64,000 nucleotides of DNA from Ruditapes philippinarum (lineage: Eukaryota), in contig NW_026854988.1 in assembly GCF_026571515.1 (NCBI RefSeq), positions 372,001-436,000 of the forward strand, given 5' to 3'. Shown in pieces: positions 52,800 through 64,000 of this stretch (positions are counted from its first letter, which is position 1; every line of letters starts with the position of its first letter). The notes under the pieces were generated by a model. That model made no database searches, was not told where the DNA came from, and saw only the letters and a list, made by a program, of their open reading frames with translations. A program made the translations under genes and the position numbers.

Positions 52800-53460
52800 C
52801 CCGGTCAAAATCGTTTTATAATAAAGACACCTAAACAATCGTATTTAAACTGCCACTGCTGAAAACACGCCCGGTATTCGTAACAACCGAATATCTGCTC
52901 AAAGTATAGGCAATTCATTTGCGCGAGGATTGTTTAAGTGAACGTCGTCCTTACGTTCGCTCTGTTTAACGCGTAAATCGTGTGAATTGGGCATGAAAAC
53001 ACCATCGCTGGAAAAGGCAACAACAGGATAGAATTCTTTTCTCTGACGAGTCAAGATTTTTATCATTCATCGGGATGATGGCAGGTTTCGTGTTTACGGT
53101 AGAAAAAATGAATGATATATCAACTGTTGTGATCTTGAATAAGATTGTTTTGGCAGCGACTGTTTCGCTTTGGGAAGGCAGGCATTGCGCATGGTAATTG
53201 GCCATGGAAATTTGAAAGCAAACCGTTACTGAAATGTGATTCGTGACAGGCACGATATCCCACTGATTCAAAAAAATACCAGTTTCCAAAATCTTTCAAC
53301 TGGAAATTTTGCAAAGAGCCCTTTTTCAGAAGGGGATACTGTGAATTTCCCCCGTCGAAAATATTTTTAAAGCATTAATTTCGGCCCGGCACAAGGGTCT
53401 GAAACCAATCAAACCCCCTTGTGGGTAAATTTTGATCAGCTTGTTAGACGTCGCCTTGAA
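52800..53460 (+). pseudogene. Degenerate Tc1-family transposase fragment
   Basis: Fragmentary translations NNRISAQ, RRPY, RVNWA, RILFSDESRF, DGRFRVY, DCFG with stops and frameshifts; no TIRs found. Confidence 0.8.
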
Positions 53461-53532
53461 ACTATTCCACAGGCACAATACAACACACTTCGATCGGTTC
53501 TACGCTTCTACGCACAAACTATAACAGACACA

Positions 53533-53709
53533 ACTCCATGCTTACTGGCGCCCATACCTAGTAATAATGTATGATGTTGGTATATAATATTTTCAACTCG
53601 TCAGTTTTTCGTTAAATTCTTACTACATGCTTACTGGCGCCCATACCTAGTAATAATGTATGATGTTGGTATAAAATATTTTCAACTCGTCAGTTTTCCG
53701 TTAAATTCT
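53533..53709. repeat. 89 bp tandem duplication (2 copies)
   Basis: catgcttactggcgcccatacctagtaataatg... repeated. Confidence 0.92.
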
Positions 53710-54097
53710 AAACACATTCATTCTGAAATACTCTTGGAATACATGTAAAAAAAGGTTTAATTTATCCCTTCATATTTACGCCAATCTCTTTTTGTTTAGT
53801 TTCTATACGTATTTGTCTTTTTGTTAGACATGGAAACATAACAGTAAACTTCATTCGTATTAAGAGGAGCTAGTATTATCTTAAGTATTATCTACCGTCA
53901 CACAATGTTCTAAATGTAAATACTTTAAGGCACGCGTCTTTTACCTGTAACAACCTTTGAATATTCTAGAAAAAGATATATTGTCTGTTCATGATTAATA
54001 ATGTAAAGCACGATATCTCAAAAGCTTCGTAACACAGGATGACGCAGTTTTCAATCTTCAACTCTCAAAGTTTTAGAATAATCGTCCCTCCCGATAG

Positions 54098-54323
54098 TTT
54101 GTTTGTTTGTTTGTTTGTTTGTTTCATTTTACGCCTTTTTCCAACAGTATTTCAGTCATATAGGCGGGTAGTTTCCTAACCATCGTTCCTGGAGAGTTAC
54201 ACCAGTACTAGACTACCTTCCTCCGCGCTAAACTACCAAAGCATCTCCCGGGGATCGAACCCACGCCAGAGAGGTAACTGGATTAGAAGTCATCGACTCT
54301 AACCCCTCGACCACGGAGGCGGC
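54098..54323 (-). mobile_element. Full-length tRNA-derived SINE with perfect 12 bp TSD
   Basis: A box TGGTCGAGGGG, B box GGTTCGATCCC, (AAAC)n tail; TSD CCCTCCCGATAG at 54086-54097 and 54324-54335. Confidence 0.95.
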
Positions 54324-57300
54324 CCCTCCCGATAGACCAGACTTTTTACAATAGATATATCCCATGCAATTCATAACATCATTACATATACGAACATGTG
54401 GTATTATAATTACTATTTAAACATAGACTACATGTATTGATATTAAATAGTATTTAAAGAGTTAAACTGCATGTCAGCAGATAAACCATATTTTTTCAAG
54501 AAAATCAAACTTGAGAAAAAGATTTTTAAAAGAGTAGAAATATTTAAGATCTAAGTAATAATTTACATGTTATGTGTGATCAATAAATGCATCTACATAT
54601 TTCTACTACGTGCCTAAAGCAGTAAAAGCTATTTTGCATTTGACATCTTTTTTGGTAATTTACGGGCGTTGTAAGTTGCAATATGTAAATTATTTTCGAT
54701 TGTTTACTTTAAAATATATTACTTGTTAATATATTGTAAGACTTTAACATTAAAATAAGCATGAATCTGGAGATATAATGCTTTAAGATTTATGTAGAAT
54801 AAAACTTGTTTAATATATAATATTTAATTTTCTAATGTATGTGTGCCACTATTACAATATTTACAGTACTGATCTTAAAATTGTAATTTTAATTATAAAT
54901 AGGTCTTTAATTGGAAAATGTTTACTAATAAAATGTTTGCTGTTAATTAAGCAAGCAGAATTGAATAGTGTTGCAATTTCTGATCGGCCGCTTTAATTTC
55001 TTTGAAAGTAAAGAGTGGAAAGGTAATGCCCCATCGTAAGCGTAAACTGTCTGTCATAATAAAACCTTGTCCTAGTATTTATCTACAATAATTTCAGTTT
55101 TAAGGATATATGTTTTTAAACGGTAAAGTCATGTGTTCACATAGTTTAACTTACTTATTAAGGACAATTTTTGTATCTAATTACTCTTATATAAGTAAGT
55201 TTAACTAAATATCCACTAAATATACACTGACGTCGAGTTTGCTATTGTTTGCGGTGTTTGTCACGCATACGCCCATGTCTTTCTCAAGATTTATCAACAT
55301 CATTCTGTTAATAAAGGTTCGTTGGTTCATTTCCAATCACGATTCAAACACATTTTCTTCATTTTATTATTATTATATCATTAATGTACATGTTTTCTTT
55401 GTTTGTTACCACCCATACTGAAGGAAAATGATATTTAAATTGATACATGGCTGCTCGTTGTTCAATAATGTTGAAATCTTAAAAGCATACGACACTTCAT
55501 GTGTCAATTGAACAAAGTAACGAATTATAGCCAGATACATTGATACCAGTGTCAAATTCTAACCTGATAGTGTAAGGTTGCTTGTCAGTTCTGAAGAGTT
55601 TATATAATTTAAATGCTTCATTAATATAGCATTCCATGGTTAGGGAAATGACGTTTATATTAATCAATATTTACATTAAAAACAATGTCAGATATAAAGA
55701 CTCTTTAAAGTGAAAGCGTTTATATAATGATTGCTTGAAAAGTAACAATGTTTGTGAATTGTTTTAGACTTAAATTCTGTTTGACATTAAGGTTTGGGTT
55801 AATAATGATATTGTGAACGGTTCAAGAAATATGAAAGAATTTTACCATACTCAATAAGACTGTCTATTAAAATATTTTTCGTTACAAAATATCATGTGCA
55901 TGTACGCTTAATGCAAAAGGCAGTATAAACAATCGTGTAAATTCAGAAAAAGTCTGTAATAATAATTCTGTAATTTATTATTGTCATGCTTAGTGACCCA
56001 ATGCTGAAATGCTTAAAATGAAAAATTTAAATTCCAATCATGTGAAATTGTAAAGAACAATAATATAATAATAAATCAATTCAGTCTTAATGAACGAAAG
56101 TATTCCAAATTTATTAGGAAACATGAAAAATAAAATGACGTATTCCATTATATGATGCGGACACGCGTTAATCACTTATTAGCTATAAAAAAATAATTTT
56201 GTCCAGACTACAAATGCTTCACAAAACAAAATTATTTGAAATCTCTGACTTCATTATCAATATATTTATAAGCCCAATCCATCATGACAAACTGCTTTGT
56301 CTTAGGAAAAAATAAGACGACTGATACTTTTATATCATATTTGTCTCAGATTATAAAATATGATATAAGCGCCTAATATATGCCAATTACTCACTTAGGA
56401 GAAGAATTTCATAAGACACGTTGTCTTTCATTCTAATCCTGTTTATAAGAATATTTGAATTGCTCTCTGTATATTGAAAATTGTAACATGTACATTGTAT
56501 ATATGTTCAGAGAAATAAAATATGTTTAAACTAAGACGACTGATGTGTAAATGCTTGCACCTTTAAGATAATTCAAAATTGCACGAGCTATTGTTCGAAA
56601 ATCAAAATGAATATCAACGTTATAGTTATTTTGACTTAACATCGCAGATGAAGTTGAAGCATTTACTTAATTCTTTACTCTTATATTGTATTATTGTATG
56701 CTTAATTAACACCCCATTATGCTCAAGAAATGCTGTTGTTGTTTTTTTGTTTTTTTTTGTTTTTTCAACAGTTTCATTTGTTTTTTTCATTTTGTGCCCT
56801 GTTACAGTTACCAAAAAATAAGTCATTGATTAATTACCTGAACCATCTTTTGCTTCTGTTTATTTTTGTATTAAGTTATAGTGATCAAGTATTTTTTATG
56901 GAAATTGAAATACTTCTTGGTTTACAAAACCCATGTTTCCCTTTTTCCAAATAATGATATTTGTCTCATTTCTAACAATACCGTTTCTGTTGAACACAAT
57001 TTTCCAAAGATGGTGTTTTTTTGTATGATGAACATTCAATCTCAAGAGAGTTAAATTATAATAACCTTACACTAAAAAGGTCTGAATTTGACGCTTATGT
57101 CAGATACGTGATATAACAAAATTGGCATCTTAAGTGGTGTATGCGTTAAATTAACATCTATAAGCATCGAATAGTTACCACTTTCAATATAATTTCCCCT
57201 CATAATCGGTGGAAGTAAACATTATGTTGCACTCAGCTTTTATAAAGAAACTTACCAAAATGTAGCATCATAATTTACACTTTGTTGTTGTAATCCTAAT

Positions 57301-59418
57301 CCAAAGAAACATTCAGTCTTCAGAAAAATAAAATCAACAAGATTAACAAATACTTGTTTGAATGATAAAATGATGTTGATAATGATCATATTATGACAGG
57401 ATTATTATTTTAAATTTTGATAACAGAACATTTGCATCCTGTTAAATATTGTCAAATACCTAACAAAGAAGAAAAAAGTGGCATAGATTTTATTTTGGTT
57501 AGTTTTATTATGTGTGTCTTCTTTTTTCATCCATTTCAATTTAACTGTTGAATTTATTTTTATTTTAGAAATTACACAGCATCCCGGGAAACTTTTAAAC
57601 ATAATGCACCATGTTTTCTTTTATTTATAAAACTCGCCGCTTTTAGGTGCAAATGTTTTAGAGAAAAATAATACTCTCGATATTTTAATGTTCCTCGGTT
57701 TCTGTCAATTTTACATGTCAGATTATTTTGCTTTGTTTTAAGTTTTGATCTAAAGTTGACCTCGCTGATTGACCTCAAAGGGATCTGTTATTTATATTGC
57801 TGCATCCTATAAACACACGTATAAATAACTCGTTACTATTCCACTCCCAATTACTTGTGATGATAATAGATAATTTTGTGCTAGTTTCTAACAAGTAGTT
57901 ATATAATCGTTTTACCAAAAATCGTTTTGCAAACACACCTGTCGACAAAACATTAGCAGAATTAGATTTGTTTGATTATTTGTATATATCCGGGATATTT
58001 AAAGTCTTGCTTATCTAGCCAAGGTAGTAAATAACATCTGTTCTTGTAACATTTTATTATTTAATTTTCGCTTTTATTTTAATATTGTAGTATCAAAATT
58101 ACATTGCCTCATTAATTAATTCTTTAGAAATGTCAAACATGTGTTTAATTATGTTAAAGAAATGGTTTAAGAGGATGTTTTACAACTGCAAAAAGTTGCA
58201 CTGAAAATGCAGTCATGTGTTTTTAGGGTAGATAAAGATAAACAAAGGAGTATACTTCCATACATGACAAAAGTAGCTCTATTTATAAAATTATTTGTCA
58301 CAAAAGAAGTAAACAAGTATTATTTTGACTTCGATACAAAATACTAAATCGCTGTAATTATACTCATTGCAAAAGAAGCAACAGAAGAACAAGATTGTTT
58401 GCATAATTAATCTGACGGGCATCAATAGAAGGTCGCCTTCTCGTGACCTTCAAACAGCCAATCTTCAGCATAACCGCTGGAAAAGCAATACCGAGTAGGC
58501 AATTTTCACGATTTCGAGAACAAACATGCCTAAACTGGCAAAGCAACCATGCACATTAATAAATAAGTCTATTAGTTCCAATTTATTTGTTTCAAATTAA
58601 CTAACAAAAATCAACATAAATAATTGATTTACTTGATACATCGTCTTATGCCTATCTGTGAAGGACGGTTTAATTGCATAGCTACGATGGAGATCAGATC
58701 TACATGCAAGAACTAACTTTAGTAGTAGATCTGAACTTTATTCATATTGCTCTATATTTGTAAAAAGTTGACACAGTTAAATTTGTCACGTTAAAATTTC
58801 ATGTCAATAATGAGTGATAAATTATGTATAAAAAAATTTAATTTTGTCACATTTAATAAACAACTATTTCCGACGCAATCATACACGCCCCAACAATTTA
58901 TGATATTAGCTTTGGGAAACCTAAAGACATTAATAAATACAAATATAATTCATTATATATGCGGCGTAAACAAAATTAGTTGTTCTCTTGCGACTTTAAA
59001 TCATAATGAATTTCATATTCAATTATTCACAAATGCGGTAAAATGAATATAACATAAAGGACTTAATATAACCATTTAATGTCATGAGGTTACTGTTAAT
59101 TGTCTGTTCCAAATGGAGGACACAAGTCACCGTTTGTTGTTGGTGTATGATTTCTATTATGTGTTTTGGTCGTGGTTGTAGTTGTTAATGTTTCTGGTAT
59201 CACATGTGTATGCAGACCGAACAGTTTTAAAGTACATAGAATAATCGGTTTATCATTATAAAGTCAAAGATTTATTGTTATTTTGTACGGTGTTTTGTCC
59301 GGCTGCTAAGCTCAATAGGGACAGCATCGGACTTGTAATTCGGACGAAGCGAGATTTCTCCGTGACAATTGATATCAGAAATTCCTTTCACTTTTATGTT
59401 TCCTACATAGTTGCTTAA

Positions 59419-61390
59419 GGTGACAACGGAGTCAATTATCACTGAAAATACCTAAAATGAGATTTTTTGCTAAGTAGATTTATCAACCTTTTCTGAACAC
59501 ATTCGTGATTTAATTTTGGAAGCAGTTAGTCCAAAAAATGTGTTTTTAAACGTTTTAAAACGGATCCTATATTATTTGTATCTGCTATTCGCGTAACCTG
59601 TCGATTATCGATAACGCTCCGCCCCCTGTTGAGGCATCAATGAGGGAAATCGGTAGTTCCATATATCCGTGAATTACAGGTCCATACTGGTCCATACTTC
59701 TCGTAATACATGTATCGTACAACTAACGTACATCTTTTTATGAATATCTCAACATTTAGCCTTTTTTATAAATTAAGAAATTGTCGGCCAATGTACACGT
59801 GTAACATAATGTATGAAACATAAAAAATTAAGCATAGCGGCAAATCGCACGACCACGGGGTTGATTAAAAATGTAGTTGCTAAAATATCCATAATGTGTG
59901 AAAATAATTTGTCTGTCCCGTTAATCTGAAAGATATTACGTTGAGTTGATAGACTCTTGTACGGATTCAAGGGCTTACTTTACATTCAACCTCGTTTTCT
60001 AACAATGTCAAGTAAAACAACAACAAAAACAGACAACATTTTTTTATGTGAACGCCTATGTGACTTGTGGTAAGGTGTCCTGACAAATTTCTAAACCATT
60101 TTAGATTGTCTAAGGATGATTATTTCTCTATAAATTAAAAAAAAAGATATTAAAATATATTCTCAGTGAAAATAAATTGTTCGCCAGTAAATCGGACACA
60201 GTACTAATAAATCTGGGACAAAGTATGAAATTTATTGTCTATCCCGGTAGAAACTGGATCTCTATGCCGTGCATAGATGATATTCATAATAGAAGTCAAG
60301 AAGGCCAGATCATAATGATCGAGTAATACCTTTTATTTCTATTAAAATGTGTGAAGCATTATCAATTTGGTGGAAAAAATATATAATATCCCGTTCTTAT
60401 TTGTACATCTACCATGGACTTTAAAAGACTGTCAGAAGCTTAGTTTTTTGTTATTTTATTTTATATTTTAACGGAATTTCATACACGAATACACGGGCAG
60501 AGTGACACTGGTATAATACAATAATAATGCTGATGATAATAATATTAAACTTCAAAAAGGAAACAATTAAATACCCCGCTAGCGGTGCGCAAATGCGTTC
60601 CATTTCCCCCTACTGAGTGCCTCAAATTTTACCGATAGTCACGTGACATGTGCGACAGATACCAGACGGACAGGAAATCACGTTAAGAATTGAAGAAATT
60701 TCGGCTATAAACTGATATTAATCAGCAGCTTTTTAATTGGTCAGATGTCACTGGGTCATAAAATGTTGTTAGAGTATGTTACCGCAACTTGTGACCCTCT
60801 CTGGTGCGATATTTGTGTATTATGCAATTATTTAGCGTGAAACGTAGGGGTCCGAGAGAGAACAGCCGATTGATGACACTTCGTTTGATGCGGGTCGGAC
60901 TAATTTTGAATCGGCATAACTTTTTTAATAATCAAGCAATTAACATGCGGTTTAAAGCACATAAAAGGAAATTCATTTACGGAGGGAACCGTGTCAGGGA
61001 TTTTTGTTTGCTCAATAGGCGACTTAATTATCTTTAATTACGTAATATGTATGGTGAAAAAAGTCGCATAAAATGTTTGACGTTACGTAATATATTTTTG
61101 AGAAAAGATAGAAAAAATTTGAGACACGGTTCCCTAGAAAATATAAGTATGGTTATTTTCAAAAAGTTTGATGACAAAAAATTAAAAAATGACTTTGATA
61201 TGACGATTTAAAATTTTAGGATTTTTATTCAAAATCAATCATTTACAAAGGCATTTTTTTCAAATATGTTATTTTTTATGATGATCAACGACATTTAATG
61301 CACAAAGATTAAATAAATAACAATTATTACTAAAATAACTTTGTTTAAATGACATTTATGTGAGTTCCATGGAAAGTGTCTGTTGTCACC
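59419..61390. mobile_element. ~2 kb non-autonomous Kolobok-like DNA element
   Basis: TTAA|GGTGACAACGGA ... TCTGTTGTCACC|TTAA; interior richer in CpG than flanks; no transposase ORF. Confidence 0.65.
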
Positions 61391-63674
61391 TTAAAGGAGC
61401 TCTTTTGAGGTCAAAAGTATAAAAACGTTAAAAAGGTAATTTATACAAGGATCAACCTAGGAATTAAAACGGAAAAAAATCAAACGATAAAACAGAAAGA
61501 TTCTCTGAAGTAAATATCTCTTTTCAGTAATATGTGATAAAAGCGATTAGTTTTAGAATCATTTTGTAATTCAAAATGGTCTCAGTGAAACCTCAGTGAA
61601 ATCACTGCATATTAAGTTTGATATTATAGCTTTAAGGGTAAGGAAATCAACATAAACAATTTTTTCATGAAAAAGTTATGCTCATTAGACCGTCATAGTC
61701 ATTTTCTGCCAATCACACATAGATATAAATATATATTATTTCATCTTTACTGAGACACAAGTCTTTGTTCATGCATAACCGGACATCCGAAACAAATGCT
61801 GTATTAACCTGTATAGATTTATCAAAAAACAACTCAAAAGTGTGAGATGAGAGTGTGATTTGTGTATTTAAGGAATCTCAACACTTTATTGCAGCGAGAA
61901 CACAAATTAATAACCATTGCATGGTTTCTGGTGCAGTTGTTAATTTTAATTAACAGTTTACACGAAACGACATTATACACATACTTCGCTAATTTCCTGC
62001 AATAAAATCATAGAACAACTAATCGTTTGTCTCTTATTTTATCCACTGTCATTATCTTTTGTTTGATGAAGTGATTAGTCAATTTTGAAACAAAGCAGCA
62101 ATTACGATATGCATATGCCATTGTAACCTTTCAATTTAACTAAAATTTATTCAAGTTAAAATATTTTTATGTTTTGACAATTATGTTCATCTAACACGAA
62201 TGGCAATAAATGACATTTGTTCTTGTTTCAGCTGCTGCTGCTCTTATTGTTTAACCTTGTTCTGCTGGACATTATTAGGCATATATTTATTGTACTAAAA
62301 TTTTCACAAAACAGTTTCCGGAGATAAATCCATAAACTCAAAGATACACGTGATTCCTATTCCGTAAAATATTGAAATGTGCAGAATTGTTGGTCGTTTT
62401 TTTTTCAAAATACCCTACGACTTAACGTTTTGTAAATTCATATATTGTTGACATTTATATAGAATTTAGGTATATATGTAATAAGTGCATAACATCATTG
62501 TCTGTTTTTTTTTCTTTTTAAATTATTTCACCATTATTGACTTCGTCAACGTCTTCGTCCTGCACGACCTCTAAACAATCGGTCACAACGTCAAGACTCG
62601 GGCGTTCTTGTCTTGCTGGTACAACGCCAACATAATAAGACTTTAAGCGTTATCACGACTGCTCTGAAACGGTCGAAGTGTAACGGAGTAAATTAACGAC
62701 ATCTTTGCTGTAACCATGATTATTTAATAATACGTAAGTATAGGATCGATCTTACGATGAGTCTTAAGTCGATAGAGAATACATCAAAGATAGTACCACA
62801 TAGGAAATTGATGATTTAAATTATTATATTATATCAACAGGATGACACCTTATATTATTTTATTTACTACTTTTCTGTCAGAAATTAATCTAATATCATT
62901 CAGATATAAAGGCAGGTCTGAATATATCATTCTACAAGTAATTTGTAATTTTAATATCGTGCATAGTTAATTTGTTTAACAAGGAAAGATGATATTGAGT
63001 AGCCTCGGGTTAACAAATTTAAAGCAACCCAAGAGGTCACAACCACCTTACCTGTTAGAACAAAGAGATGCATAGACTCAAGTAATTTGAAACTTTCGAG
63101 TCGCCTCTTACGATCACGCAGAGATATAAGGTGGCCACAATTCTGATGCCGCAAAAATCGTTGCCTCCTGATACATTTGTTGAGTAGTTAAATTAAATTT
63201 TATTGGAATCATTTATCACAATTGTTCAATAGTGTTGTAAATATCATCGGGAGACACAATTAAAATGCATTTTATCTTAATTTGTTAGCACGTTTCTCTT
63301 TCGTTTCAAATGACAGGTCCTTTGTAGCTTTTTACAACCAAAGATGTTATGATGTGCATTATTAAAACTGCCTTTATAATTATCAGTTGCATTGATCTAA
63401 ATGGACTTTACTGAATTGTTTTATTTTACTTCTTCATTAAGCTACTTCAACAAAATTTTATTAATAATATAAGAGAAAAAAATTCATTTAATACTGTAAA
63501 AATTTTTTTACTGCTTTATCCATTGTTTAATTTAACTTATTTGAGAACTATATTATCTTATAACACTACAATGAACAAATAGTACTTATAAAGTTATATT
63601 GTCATTATCAAAATGAAAAGAAACAATAAATGCTTTATTATGATTAAACACATATTTTGTTCTTCAGACCAATC

Positions 63675-63811
63675 TGATCAAAGTACAAGTAAAATGAATC
63701 AAATGTATTATATATATGAAATGTGTAACTGAACACAGATTTTGTACTTACGATAAATTTGATCAAATTACAAGTAACATGAATCAAATGTAATATAAAT
63801 ATGAAATGTGT
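63675..63811. repeat. ~85 bp period direct repeat (2 partial copies)
   Basis: tgatcaaa(g/t)tacaagtaa(a/c)atgaatcaaatgta..atatgaaatgtgt twice. Confidence 0.8.
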
Positions 63812-64000
63812 GAAAGACTCATATACCCATATATAAATGTTGAATTCTGCTGTAGCCGGTACTAGAGGGCATGGACGGTACCTTTCACTTTCAAGAACAG
63901 TCTATGGACAGGCTGAATAGAAACATGTTTACGAATTCGTTTTCTTTCTATTTCATATTTTTACTGTAAAATCTTGCTTTGTGTTCAAAAAACCTAAAAC

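Noticed and set aside
53533-53709. CRISPR-like or other spaced repeat array
   Set aside because: Only two contiguous copies, no spacers, eukaryotic context
54245-54323. Possible tRNA gene (Ser-like long variable arm)
   Set aside because: Acceptor stem does not pair well; followed by SINE body, (AAAC)n tail and TSD, so it is a SINE head
58364-58546. 60 aa ORF and similar patch at 62951-63154
   Set aside because: No recognisable domain; cannot support a call

Overview
AT-rich eukaryotic (invertebrate, plausibly bivalve-mollusc; inferred from repeat style) genomic DNA, not prokaryotic. The window is a birth-and-death cluster of rhodopsin-class GPCR genes built by segmental duplication: one + strand copy (14363-15388, 3' third garbled by dense small deletions), one intact - strand copy (48561-49637, 358 aa), and a third 'ghost' copy (~30.6-32.1 kb) that keeps the 5' UTR exon and 3' flank but has lost the whole coding exon. 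Non-coding flanks are repeated in tandem (~4.4-4.8 kb units at 61-9255) and as a large inverted duplication (~1-17.8 kb vs ~23.6-39.5 kb, plus a further partial copy at 40.8-45 kb). Inserted in the inverted arm is a complete 4.9 kb pogo-superfamily DNA transposon (24674-29586; TA target duplication, ~26 bp TIRs) whose DD35D transposase is split into 9 coding exons and ends in a PHD finger that the ORF track misses; it carries a palindromic MITE and a SINE inside its introns. Other mobile DNA: three copies of a tRNA-derived SINE, TTAA- and TA-flanked MITEs, a Tc1 remnant, and a small family of ~350 bp elements that contain an internal copy of their own predicted circle junction. There is a 206-N gap at 45820-46025. 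Most short ORFs in the supplied track are spurious.
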